From: a virus
Lineage: Duplodnaviria > Caudoviricetes
IMG/VR virus record: IMGVR_UViG_3300031454_000012
Location: 1-43,603 of that record
Strand: one strand, 5' to 3'
Length of the DNA stretch: 43,603 nt
The translations under genes and the position numbers were made by a program. The notes below the pieces were generated by a model, which searched no databases, was not told where the DNA came from, and saw only the letters and a program-made list of their open reading frames with translations. Below, piece after piece: positions 1-8,581 of this stretch (positions are counted from its first letter, which is position 1; each line of letters starts with the position of its first letter).

Positions 1-30
1 GGCAACTGATTTCGTGGGTCGGGGGGCCGA

Positions 31-39
31 TGCTAGTCT
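31..39 (+). promoter_or_regulatory. Putative extended -10 (TGcTAGTCT) of the host tRNA promoter
   Basis: TGn + TANNNT 11 nt upstream of the tRNA 5' end at 51. Confidence 0.5.
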
Positions 40-50
40 TCGGGGCTGTC

Positions 51-384
<334 letters not shown>

Positions 385-391
385 GTGCCCA

Positions 392-420
392 ACGTTACGC
401 ATGTGTCACCAATAGCGCAA
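392..420 (-). promoter_or_regulatory. Leftward repressor promoter: -35 TTGCGC, 17 bp, -10 TAACGT; likely leaderless
   Basis: Minus strand reads TTGCGC-N17-TAACGT-N7-ATG(384). Confidence 0.7.
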
Positions 421-454
421 GGGACCGCGACACGCCGAGGGACCTAATTAGGGC

Positions 455-484
455 TTGCGCAACTAGTAGGGCATCGTTTACGTT
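455..484 (+). promoter_or_regulatory. Rightward early lytic promoter: -35 TTGCGC, 18 bp, -10 TACGTT; likely leaderless
   Basis: TTGCGC 455-460, TACGTT 479-484, ATG at 491, no SD. Confidence 0.7.
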
Positions 485-490
485 GTGCGC

Positions 491-706
491 ATGCCCAAGA
501 ACTCATCGAGACGCCAGAGCGATCTCATGACCACTGCCGAGGTCTCGGCGATATTCAGACGCGACAAGACGACCATCAACCGGTGGGCTGACGCAGGGCG
601 ACTCCCCACCACGGCCAAGGCTCCCGGGCTGCGCGGCGCTCGACTGTTTGCCCGTGAGGACGTCGAGGCGCTCGCGGACGAGCTCCGCACGGGGGTGCCG
701 GCCTGA
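491..706 (+). CDS. Cro-like/excisionase-like MerR/BldC-type HTH protein
   Basis: LMTTAEVSAIFRRDKTTINRWADAGRL...RLFAREDV; divergent from repressor. Confidence 0.85.
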   Translation: MPKNSSRRQSDLMTTAEVSAIFRRDKTTINRWADAGRLPTTAKAPGLRGARLFAREDVEALADELRTGVPA

Positions 707-1197
707 TGCCGTGTTCCACGGTGGTGTGGGCGGTGTTGCGGCCGGGGTTGGTGACCGCGACCCGGTATGACGCCGATGGGGAAGCAATCGACGAGCGATT
801 GGTTCGCGCGGTGGACGTGCCTGCGGGGGTGTTACTCGACGTCGAGGCGCAGCCGGGCGCTCGGGTGAGTGTAGAAGTGGCCGATCGGGATAGTGCCAAG
901 GTCCGGCCCGCTGGTGCGGCCGTTGGCGATCGAGAGTTCGTACTCGACCTTCCCGAGCGCGTACAGCAGTTGGTCTGTGACGCTCTTGAGGGTGTCTCGG
1001 TCGACGTGGCCGTCTCCTTCGTGCAGGAGCGCGGTGATGTGGTTCTGCGCGTAGAAGGCGTGCGGGGTGGAGACCTCGGTGAGACCAAGGGGCGCGGAGC
1101 TGCTGCGGTATCGGGGCATGGCGGGTCCTGTTCGTGCGGGGGTGAAGGTCAGCCCAACGTAGGCGGCGCTGACTCTGACGGCGAGGCGACAGAATGA
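706..1197 (+). CDS. Hypothetical protein (may be partly an antisense shadow of 832-1119)
   Basis: Coupled by TGATG at 704-708 and ATGA at 1194-1197, but V/D/L/E-rich like a shadow frame. Confidence 0.4.
   Translation: MPCSTVVWAVLRPGLVTATRYDADGEAIDERLVRAVDVPAGVLLDVEAQPGARVSVEVADRDSAKVRPAGAAVGDREFVLDLPERVQQLVCDALEGVSVDVAVSFVQERGDVVLRVEGVRGGDLGETKGRGAAAVSGHGGSCSCGGEGQPNVGGADSDGEATE
832..1119 (-). CDS. Hypothetical 95-aa protein, antisense to early operon
   Basis: ATG at 1119 with AGGA SD, upstream TACGTT -10 (1156-1161), globular-looking composition. Confidence 0.6.
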   Translation of the reverse strand: MPRYRSSSAPLGLTEVSTPHAFYAQNHITALLHEGDGHVDRDTLKSVTDQLLYALGKVEYELSIANGRTSGPDLGTIPIGHFYTHPSARLRLDVE

Positions 1198-1505
1198 CGC
1201 CGCCGTACCCACCGGACTTCACTCCGGCCGACGAGATGCCGCTACCCGCGCCGCCGGGCGCGGTAGGTGACCTTGTCGAGCTGCTCCATGAGTGCCCGGC
1301 CAGGGACTGCTACGTCGTCCCACGAGAGTGCACCCACGTCGCAGCACAGCAGTGGTGCCCTGAGCCGCCGTCGCACAAACGGTCCCTACGGGTGATGACC
1401 GTGGAGCCCCTCGCAACCGGCGGTTGCGTCGTCGAGCTGACCCGGTGCACCGGTGTCCCCCTACACGTCGAGCTCGACCCTGACGGGCTTCCCGTCTCCA
1501 CGTAG
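1194..1505 (+). CDS. Hypothetical Cys/His-rich protein
   Basis: ORF in early operon; HECPARDC, CTH motifs. Confidence 0.55.
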   Translation: MTPPYPPDFTPADEMPLPAPPGAVGDLVELLHECPARDCYVVPRECTHVAAQQWCPEPPSHKRSLRVMTVEPLATGGCVVELTRCTGVPLHVELDPDGLPVST

Positions 1506-1649
1506 ACCCCGGGTGGCCGCGGGCGACCCCCTGCGCGCTCGCGTCCACCCGGCCCTAGTCCTGCATCACCCCCGGAACAGACCGTGAGGCCCGACCCACC
1601 GCTTGCACGCACAGGGTTCGGACCTCACTGACAAGGAGAACGATAGCTG

Positions 1650-2132
1650 ATGAAGATCACAGCGTTGGTGACCATCGAGTCGCCACCGGCGGCCCGGCCG
1701 TCGTCTGAGCCGTTCGTCGTGGTCTACGACCTGTTCAAGCCGGAGGACGCGGTCGAGGCGATCCGGCGGCACGTGGCCGGGCAGGTCCCGATGCCGTTTG
1801 GCGACTCGGGGTACTGGTCGGCGACTCGGGTGGGTCGCGACAGCAAGGTGCATTTGCACGCGTCGACGTCGACGGGGGATGAGATCCACGTACACGCCGA
1901 CGTGCAGGTGTTGTCGAGGTTCACCCAGTCGGTGTCGTGCCCGAGTTGTGATGCGACGTGGGTGTGGTCGGCGCTGCAGTCCGGTACCGAGCAGGACCCG
2001 TTGGTGGTCCGTGAGGCCGAGGCGGTGGGCTGCGATGAGTGCGGGTGGATCGTTTCGGATCACCCGGTCGCTGGTCGCCCCTCAGTTCAGCCCCTGGATG
2101 ACCAGGTCGAGATCTCGCGGGCGGGGTCGTGA
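1650..2132 (+). CDS. Hypothetical protein with Zn ribbon
   Basis: AAGGAG SD 1633-1638; CPSC...CDEC. Confidence 0.75.
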   Translation: MKITALVTIESPPAARPSSEPFVVVYDLFKPEDAVEAIRRHVAGQVPMPFGDSGYWSATRVGRDSKVHLHASTSTGDEIHVHADVQVLSRFTQSVSCPSCDATWVWSALQSGTEQDPLVVREAEAVGCDECGWIVSDHPVAGRPSVQPLDDQVEISRAGS

Positions 2133-2428
2133 CCGCCGCGGTGTTGCCGTTCGAGCCGTCCAGGTCGTTGTCGGCCCCGTCGTCGGGTCCGTCGTCCGAG
2201 CGGGTGCCGGCGTCGGTGGTTGCGAAGTCGCCGGCTCATCCGGCTTTGGTGTTCTGCACGGGGTGCGGTGCCCATGGGGTGCGGTGTATCGCACCGGCGG
2301 GTGACCCGTCTGCGGTGACCGCAGTGTCGTGCCCTTCGTGCGGCCTGGTGGTGTCCCTGGCCGAGTTGGCGCATGCTCGCCGGTTCGCGCCTGCCCGGGC
2401 CCGGTTGAGGGCGGTGGCGGGCCGATGA
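2129..2428 (+). CDS. Hypothetical Zn-ribbon protein
   Basis: GTGA/ATGA coupling at both ends; CTGC...CPSC. Confidence 0.65.
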   Translation: MTAAVLPFEPSRSLSAPSSGPSSERVPASVVAKSPAHPALVFCTGCGAHGVRCIAPAGDPSAVTAVSCPSCGLVVSLAELAHARRFAPARARLRAVAGR

Positions 2429-2949
2429 TCGGGTGGGGGGCCGTTGACGGCCGGGTGTTGGTGCTGTTTGCGGTTTTGGTGCTGTACGCGGTGTGGGTGT
2501 TCATCCGCTTTCGTGAGGCGAGCGAGGACTTGCACCGCCACGGTTTGGACCAGGAGTCGTTGACCGCGGCTGGCCAGGAGCGGGCCCGGGCCGAGTCGGC
2601 GGAGTGGGACCGGTTGGTCGGTGCGGTGGGTTCAGGCCGGCGGGACTTCGCCGCGGACGTGCCGCAACCCTTGGATGTGGAGTCCACGGACCCGCGGACA
2701 TGGGACGTGGCAGTCGACCAGTCGATGCGGGTCGCGCAGGCCGGCGAACGCCCTTCGCCGGGGTGCGCGTGCCCGGTTTGCCAGAGGGCTGGTGCCCTGC
2801 CCAGTCGTCGGCGGTTGTCAGCGCCGGCGACGGGTGTGGTCCGGTGGCGGGAGTGCCCGGGCTGTGACGCCTCGGTGGTGCCGGGGTCTTGGGCGTGCGG
2901 GGAGTGCGGCACGCAGCTCGACGACCGCCTCCCGGGTGGTGGTCGGTGA
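2425..2949 (+). CDS. Membrane-anchored protein with C-terminal Zn ribbon
   Basis: ATGA overlap; TM VLVLFAVLVLYAVWVFI; CPVC, CPGC...CGEC. Confidence 0.7.
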   Translation: MIGWGAVDGRVLVLFAVLVLYAVWVFIRFREASEDLHRHGLDQESLTAAGQERARAESAEWDRLVGAVGSGRRDFAADVPQPLDVESTDPRTWDVAVDQSMRVAQAGERPSPGCACPVCQRAGALPSRRRLSAPATGVVRWRECPGCDASVVPGSWACGECGTQLDDRLPGGGR

Positions 2950-3533
2950 TGGGTGACGTGCTGACACCTGTGGTGTTCGTCGCTGCGCACTGCACACACC
3001 CGGTCCGCCCGGCGAGGGTGTGGGAGGTCGCACTGGTGAAGGTCCAACCGCAGGCGGCGGGTATGCCGGTTGAGGTGGGTCGTGAAGCGTTCCGGATCGA
3101 GATGAACTCGACCCGGGACTGCGACCAGGACCACCTCCAGGCGTGCGGGTTCTTCGCCCGGCACCCGTTCGGGGCATGGCTGGCCGGCAAGGGTGAGGGA
3201 CCCCCGCCGTTGGCACCGGGCCCGTCGTTGGCGCCGTCGCACACCGCGGCCCGTCGGATCGCTCGAGCAACCTATGGGTGCGACGTCGCCGCGTGGAATG
3301 TCACCCGGGAGGTCCTCGCGCTCACCACCGTCTTGCACGGCCAACATCTGGCTCCGACCTGGTCAGGCAGGTTCCTGGACTTGGGGTCGATGGCCGCGTC
3401 GTGGCTCGGCGGGGACGACGCGATCATGCCCTTGCCGCGGCCCCAGGGCGAAGCGCCTCCCGCGAAGGCGTCCGCGTTGGATCTGGCCGTGTGGGACGCC
3501 GACTACTGGTCGCGGATCGAGGTGGCCTCGTGA
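2949..3533 (+). CDS. DnaQ-like (DEDDh) exonuclease homolog, catalytic residues apparently lost
   Basis: Scaffold motifs VFV....WEVALV, GFFARHP, AARRIARAT, PTW..FLDL, ALDLAVW follow the actinophage DnaQ-like layout. Confidence 0.6.
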   Translation: MGDVLTPVVFVAAHCTHPVRPARVWEVALVKVQPQAAGMPVEVGREAFRIEMNSTRDCDQDHLQACGFFARHPFGAWLAGKGEGPPPLAPGPSLAPSHTAARRIARATYGCDVAAWNVTREVLALTTVLHGQHLAPTWSGRFLDLGSMAASWLGGDDAIMPLPRPQGEAPPAKASALDLAVWDADYWSRIEVAS

Positions 3534-3718
3534 GGGCGTTCACGTGGACCCGCTCGGCCATGGGCCGGGTGACGTCGACGTGCGTGGCGTGCGGGGAGTT
3601 AGCCGCGGTCGGCCCGTCCGACCGGCTGGTCGGCTACCGCCAGCGGGCCCACGTCTGCCCACCACCCAAGAGCACAGCAAGCAGGAACCGTTCGATCACA
3701 CCCGGAGGAACCACATGA
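3530..3718 (+). CDS. Small hypothetical protein (CxxC...HxC)
   Basis: GTGA/ATGA coupling; CVAC...AHVC. Confidence 0.55.
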   Translation: MRAFTWTRSAMGRVTSTCVACGELAAVGPSDRLVGYRQRAHVCPPPKSTASRNRSITPGGTT

Positions 3719-4422
3719 CAACCCTGACGTATGGCAGCAACCCCGAGCTGAAGGCCCGTCTCGTGGCCGCTGCCCGGGAGCACCAAGAAGCAGACCGCTA
3801 CATCCAGGGAACCTATTTCAGGAGTGAGGGAGGCGAGGATTGGCAAGGGTGTGCCGTGGGGTGCACCACCGCGCCGTTGATCGCCGCCGCCGAAGGGGTC
3901 GCGTTGGACGGCCTGCGCGAACCCCTGAGCTGGCACAAGGCACAGGAGGTCCACGCGGGAATCCCAGAATGGCTGGGACACGTCGAGGACAAGATTTTCG
4001 AGTGCTTGCCCGTGGGCCAGGCACGGGAGTGGCCCGCACGGTTCCTGGAGGCCGTCCCGGTCGGCGTGGACTTGACTGCCATGCGGGAGGCGTGGCTGCG
4101 TGACATCGTCCTGGATCCGAAGCGTGGCGCGTTCGCCCACGCGGCTCGGGCACTGGACGACGCTGGTTTCACCGAGCAGGCAAGCGCGTTACGCGACCTG
4201 CCATCGGGCGTGGAGTGGAGGACCGCCTCCGCCGCCTCCGCCGCCTCCGCCGCCGCCGCCTCCGCCGCCGCCGCCGGCGCCTCCGCCGCCGCCTACGCCG
4301 CCGCCGCCTCCGCCGCCGCCGCCTCCGCCGCCGCCTACGCCGCCGCCTCCGCCGCCGGCGCATGGCAATGGACTGCCGACCGGCTCATCCACCATCTGCA
4401 GGCCGTCGAGGTGTCGTCATGA
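3715..4422 (+). CDS. Hypothetical phage protein with GCAVGC motif and Ala-rich tract
   Basis: GGAGGA SD; QGTY..GCAVGC..GIPEWL..EDKIFECLP..WPARFLEAVPVG; poly-Ala/Ser near C-terminus. Confidence 0.85.
   Translation: MTTLTYGSNPELKARLVAAAREHQEADRYIQGTYFRSEGGEDWQGCAVGCTTAPLIAAAEGVALDGLREPLSWHKAQEVHAGIPEWLGHVEDKIFECLPVGQAREWPARFLEAVPVGVDLTAMREAWLRDIVLDPKRGAFAHAARALDDAGFTEQASALRDLPSGVEWRTASAASAASAAAASAAAAGASAAAYAAAASAAAASAAAYAAASAAGAWQWTADRLIHHLQAVEVSS
4225..4356 (+). repeat. Imperfect (GCC)n trinucleotide tract
   Basis: About 44 codons drawn only from GCC/TCC/TAC/GGC. Confidence 0.9.
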
Positions 4423-6002
4423 CGCGCACGACCACGCCGGAGCTGTTGCAGCTCGACCCGGCACAGATCCAGGCGCACCCGCGCAACCCGCGGCAGGCGG
4501 TGACTGACTTGGCCGGTTTGGTCGACTCGATCGCCCAGGTCGGGATCCTCGAGCCGGTGGTGGTGGCCCCGTGGCCGACCGACCTGTACACGTCCTCAAA
4601 GACCCGCCAGGACGGGTACGTCCTGATCGCGGGTCACCGGCGGGTCGCGGCCGCGAAGAAGGCGAAGGTGAAGGTCCTGGCGTTGCACCGCCCGGACCTG
4701 GACACTCTCGCCGCGCAGATCGAGGCGATGCTGGTGGAGAACTTGCACCGGGCTGACCTGTCCCCGATCGAGGAGGGCGACGCCTACCAGGGTCTGCTCG
4801 ACCTGGGGATCAGCCAGGCGGACATCGCCACGAAGGTGGGCCGGCCGAAGCGGACCGTGTCGGAGCGGGTCCGGGTTGCGGGGATCCCGGGCCCGGCCCG
4901 GGAGAAGCTGCACGCTCATCAGATCACCATCGACGCCGCGTTGGCGATCGCGGAGTTTAAGGGCGACACCGAAGCCCAGGAGCGCCTGATCCACTTCGCA
5001 GGCTCGGGCTCGTGGGATCCGGTGCTGCGGGACCTGCGGGCCCGTAAGACCGCGCAGGCGACCCGGGTCAAGACCCGCAAAGCTCTCGAGCAGGCGGGTG
5101 TGAAGGTCCTGGATGACTTCCCGGACGACCCTGACATCGAGGGCACTGACGACGTTGAGCCGTGGGAGCACGTCGGGGACCTCGACCTGGCTGAGATGAC
5201 AAACGAGGCGCAGGTGATGGCCCACGCGGGCAAGGACGCGGACGACCTGACGTGGGACGACTATGAGGCGTGGCACGCCGCGAAGTGTGACGGCCACGCG
5301 GTCGTCGACGTCGGTCGTGTGCACCCACAGTGGACTCAGCACGCGAACGAGCCGATCTTCGATCCGATCTGCACGACCCCTGCAGTGCACGAGTTCCCGG
5401 AGCGGACACCGACCGGGGCCTCCACGTTCAAGGAGGAGCAGGAGCGCCGTGAGCACCTCCGTGCAGCGTCGGTCCGCCGGCGGGATCACCTGGTGCGGGT
5501 TGTCAGCGACCCGCCCCCAGGCACAGCGACCCACATCCTCAAGCGCTACCTTCACCAGGCCGTCACCCAAAGCGACTACAGCAAGGCCCCGCTCACGAGC
5601 GACCACTACACGCCGGTCGTTTCCGGCAGGGCCGACCTGCTCGGCATACCCGCCGACGTCCCCCGCGAACACCTGACCCCGGCCCGATTCGCCGAGGCGC
5701 TCGTGGCCACGATCGACGGGCAACCGTTGGAACGGCTGGTGGTGTTGCTGGCTGCCCTGCAGGGCATAGGCGATGAGCCGGGGCTGGTGCATGCCTACTG
5801 GTCCGGCGGTCCCAACAGCACCGACGCGAAGTGGATCACTGATCTGACGCAGGTGTGGGGTTACGACTGGTCTGACTTCGAGCTGTCCCGGATCCCTGAC
5901 GACTTGAGGACCACGCTGGAACTGCCCGGCCTCGACGTCGACCCCGGTGCCGAGTCGGTCGAGGCCACCGCTGAGGGCGCTGCGGGTGGTGAGGTCGCGT
6001 GA
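4419..6002 (+). CDS. ParB/RepB/Spo0J-family protein 1
   Basis: HPRNPR, GILEPVVV, IAGHRR, VENLHRADLSPIEE, then HTH. Confidence 0.88.
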   Translation: MTRTTTPELLQLDPAQIQAHPRNPRQAVTDLAGLVDSIAQVGILEPVVVAPWPTDLYTSSKTRQDGYVLIAGHRRVAAAKKAKVKVLALHRPDLDTLAAQIEAMLVENLHRADLSPIEEGDAYQGLLDLGISQADIATKVGRPKRTVSERVRVAGIPGPAREKLHAHQITIDAALAIAEFKGDTEAQERLIHFAGSGSWDPVLRDLRARKTAQATRVKTRKALEQAGVKVLDDFPDDPDIEGTDDVEPWEHVGDLDLAEMTNEAQVMAHAGKDADDLTWDDYEAWHAAKCDGHAVVDVGRVHPQWTQHANEPIFDPICTTPAVHEFPERTPTGASTFKEEQERREHLRAASVRRRDHLVRVVSDPPPGTATHILKRYLHQAVTQSDYSKAPLTSDHYTPVVSGRADLLGIPADVPREHLTPARFAEALVATIDGQPLERLVVLLAALQGIGDEPGLVHAYWSGGPNSTDAKWITDLTQVWGYDWSDFELSRIPDDLRTTLELPGLDVDPGAESVEATAEGAAGGEVA

Positions 6003-7027
6003 TCGCGGCAACGATGCCGGCGCCGTCGTTGTCTCGGTGTGGTGGTGACTTCACTGCGGTGGTCGAGGACGTGGTGTTCCTGTTGGAGCGCCGGGTTCCG
6101 CCGGGGGATGTGGCTGCCCGGGTGGGGTCGACGCCTGCGGCGTTGGCTCGCCGGTTCCACCGTGCTGGCCTGCACGACCTGGCGCACCCGTTCGACGCTG
6201 AGAAGCGTCACGTGCGGGGCCGGTGGTGTCCGGTGACTGCGGTGACGGTGCAGACGGTGGATCTGCGGCAGGCGGTGCAGGCGGTCGTCGCGCACGCGTC
6301 GACGGACCCGGAGGACGTCCGGTTGTGCCGGGTGAGGTTCGTCGTCGATGGGCAGAACGTGCAGGTGTTCGCGACGCAGGGCTTCACGTGCGGTCTCTCG
6401 ATCGTGTCGGTGCTGGACAACCACGACGGTGAGCTCGCGGGGTGGGACTTGACCCCGGGTGCGTGCAAGGACGTCTTGGCGATGTTCAAGGTGTCCAGGG
6501 ACGTCATCGAGGACGCGACGTTGCGGTTCGACGTGCAGGGCCAGGACGTGCACGTGCAGGACGTCAGTGGCTTGTTCCCGGGGAAGGCGATCACGTTGCC
6601 TCGCCTGCCGGATCACGAGCTGTTCCCTGACGTGCCGGGCATCCTCGGTCAGCTGGTCCACCAGGCGAACTGGTACCTCGAGGAGGGCTTGGCCACCTCA
6701 GGTGCGTGGCTGCCATCGTTCGTGGCGGCGTCGAAGGCCTACCGGGAGGCGGTGTTCGTGTCGCCGGCCGCGGCTGGCCGGCCGAGGTTCCTGGTGCAGG
6801 TCGGTGAGTCGTTCATCGGGATGCTCCTGGCGTCCCAGGACGACGAGCAGTCGTCCCGGTTGCGTGGCTACCGAGACCAGGACTGGCCCCGCCGGCTACC
6901 CACGGAGCCACGTCACGCGGCGGGTGAGCAGGCCCTGACCGTCACCGTGAACCGGGCGGCCCACGACGACGACGGCAAGTCCGAAGACGACGTGGTCAGC
7001 CCCATTCGCGGGGACCTTGATCAGTGA
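5999..7027 (+). CDS. HTH-like N-terminus fused to sliding-clamp (DNA pol III beta)-like domain
   Basis: DVAARVGSTPAALARRF, then TVDLRQAVQAVVAHASTD...VFATQGFTCG...FPDV; in-frame internal GTG at 6233. Confidence 0.6.
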   Translation: MIAATMPAPSLSRCGGDFTAVVEDVVFLLERRVPPGDVAARVGSTPAALARRFHRAGLHDLAHPFDAEKRHVRGRWCPVTAVTVQTVDLRQAVQAVVAHASTDPEDVRLCRVRFVVDGQNVQVFATQGFTCGLSIVSVLDNHDGELAGWDLTPGACKDVLAMFKVSRDVIEDATLRFDVQGQDVHVQDVSGLFPGKAITLPRLPDHELFPDVPGILGQLVHQANWYLEEGLATSGAWLPSFVAASKAYREAVFVSPAAAGRPRFLVQVGESFIGMLLASQDDEQSSRLRGYRDQDWPRRLPTEPRHAAGEQALTVTVNRAAHDDDGKSEDDVVSPIRGDLDQ

Positions 7028-7416
7028 TGACCCGCGACGCCATGACAGCCGGCCGCAGCTTGCGGCTGATCCCGCGTGCACTGGTCGACGTGCTCGCCGA
7101 GCGGGCACGCCAGGACGCGAAGTGGGGCCAGCAGGACCACCCTGACGGGACAGGTCCCGGAACGGTGATCTTGGGAAGTTACGCGGACAGCATGGCCGAG
7201 CGCGCGAAGTGGCGCACCGAAAGGTCGGCGACGCTCGGGACGGTCACGTTCGAGGAGATCTTGACCGAGGAGTGGGCGGAGGCTGTAGCTGAGGACGATC
7301 CGGTGAAGCTGCGCGCCGAGCTGGTCCAGGTCGCCGCGGTGGCCGTGCAATGGGTCGAGGCGATCGACCGGCGCATCGCCGGCGCTGCTGCACCTACTCG
7401 TGGTGATGGGTCGTGA
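7027..7416 (+). CDS. MazG-like nucleotide pyrophosphohydrolase family protein
   Basis: ERARQDAKWGQQDH, ILTEEWAEA, LRAELVQVAAVAVQWVEAI. Confidence 0.75.
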   Translation: MTRDAMTAGRSLRLIPRALVDVLAERARQDAKWGQQDHPDGTGPGTVILGSYADSMAERAKWRTERSATLGTVTFEEILTEEWAEAVAEDDPVKLRAELVQVAAVAVQWVEAIDRRIAGAAAPTRGDGS

Positions 7417-7859
7417 CGGTGGTGATGCGGTCGCGCCGCACCGTGGACCGGTTGCGGTACGGGTCGGCGATGAGGATGCTCGCGGCGCTCGCAGCCGAGC
7501 AGCGGGTGCCGTTGGACGTGCCACGGGCTGAGGTTCGTCGGCGCATCGTGCAGGAACCGTCAGGCGCCGCACACGGCCGCGTTGGCCACGTTCCGGGACT
7601 GGCAGGCCGGGGTGTGGTCCCCATGAGCCTGAGGAGCCTCCTGACTGGCCGGGACCTGATCGTGGTCCCTGCGCGTGGCCCGTTCCTGATCGCCCGTACG
7701 ACTCGCCCGCGGCACGTGCTGGCCGGTGTCCACGCAGGGTCGTGGCAGGTCGACTGGTCCATCGGCATAGGCGCTCACCGTCGACCTCATGTGGTGGACC
7801 TGGGCCGGTTCGGCGTGGTCCGGTACGGCCGGATCCGCACGAGTGGTGATCCGCGGTGA
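7413..7859 (+). CDS. Hypothetical basic protein
   Basis: GTGA coupling at both ends. Confidence 0.5.
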   Translation: MTVVMRSRRTVDRLRYGSAMRMLAALAAEQRVPLDVPRAEVRRRIVQEPSGAAHGRVGHVPGLAGRGVVPMSLRSLLTGRDLIVVPARGPFLIARTTRPRHVLAGVHAGSWQVDWSIGIGAHRRPHVVDLGRFGVVRYGRIRTSGDPR

Positions 7860-8326
7860 GCGCCGCCACGACCGAGTCCGGCGCAGGCCCGGTCATGTCC
7901 GACGCTCTAGTCGTCTCTACGGTCCCGGCCGCGTTGCGCCTGGCGGCCGCGGTCCGCGACCACGACATCGCCCAGGCCCACCAGATCCTGACCGGACTGT
8001 CCCCGACCACCTTGCAGGCCCTTGCGGTGGCGTTGGCGAGTTTGGTCCCCTCCGATGCGTGTGTCGATGACGTCCTGGTCTATTGCACCCCGCAGACCCG
8101 GGCACGGTATGCCACGGACCCTGAGCAGTGGCCGGACCGGAAGTGCAAGCAGCTGCACGCGGCGTTCGTCCGGCGGGAGCGGACTCCGACTGTCGAGGCG
8201 GGCGAGGTCGAGTATCAGCGCCGGTCCTACGCCCGCCGCAAGTACTTGCGTTACGTGAACCACAAGGCAACACAGATCCACAACGAACGGGTCAGGAACA
8301 GCAACACCCGGGGGGGGGTGTCGTGA
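7856..8326 (+). CDS. Hypothetical protein
   Basis: Coupled ORF; helical N-terminus, basic C-terminus. Confidence 0.65.
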   Translation: MSAATTESGAGPVMSDALVVSTVPAALRLAAAVRDHDIAQAHQILTGLSPTTLQALAVALASLVPSDACVDDVLVYCTPQTRARYATDPEQWPDRKCKQLHAAFVRRERTPTVEAGEVEYQRRSYARRKYLRYVNHKATQIHNERVRNSNTRGGVS

Positions 8327-8581
8327 GTGTGCGTGCATCAGAAGGTGCTGGGCACGCTCGTGGTGGTGGCGGTGGCCAACCGGACATTGCTGGTGTGGTC
8401 CCGTCGCCCCGCGAACGCCCATGTGCCCCGCAAGTGGGTCGCGGTGACGTCCTCACTGCTGGTGGCCCTGTGGTGGCTGTTGGTCTTCCTGTACTGGCGC
8501 CTGCCGCACCGGACCCCTCACTGCAGCCCACCAACCCGGCTGGTCATCATCCCCGTCAAGAGCACTGGAGGTAACCCCTGA
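8327..8581 (+). CDS. Small membrane protein
   Basis: Hydrophobic segments; TGATG coupling to next gene. Confidence 0.5.
   Translation: MCVHQKVLGTLVVVAVANRTLLVWSRRPANAHVPRKWVAVTSSLLVALWWLLVFLYWRLPHRTPHCSPPTRLVIIPVKSTGGNP

Noticed and set aside
4100-4507. Poly-Pro, poly-Arg and poly-Gly ORFs
   Set aside because: Alternative frames of the GCC tract; the Ala frame belongs to the SD-led 3715-4422 gene
491-6002. Ala-ending C-termini of early proteins (GVPA, EVAS, GEVA) as degrons
   Set aside because: Explained by overlap with the next gene's SD and start codon
4596-6011. Long minus-strand ORFs (also 16522-17823, 36241-38073, 2082-3347)
   Set aside because: Antisense shadows of high-GC genes with clear plus-strand motifs; no SD or family motifs
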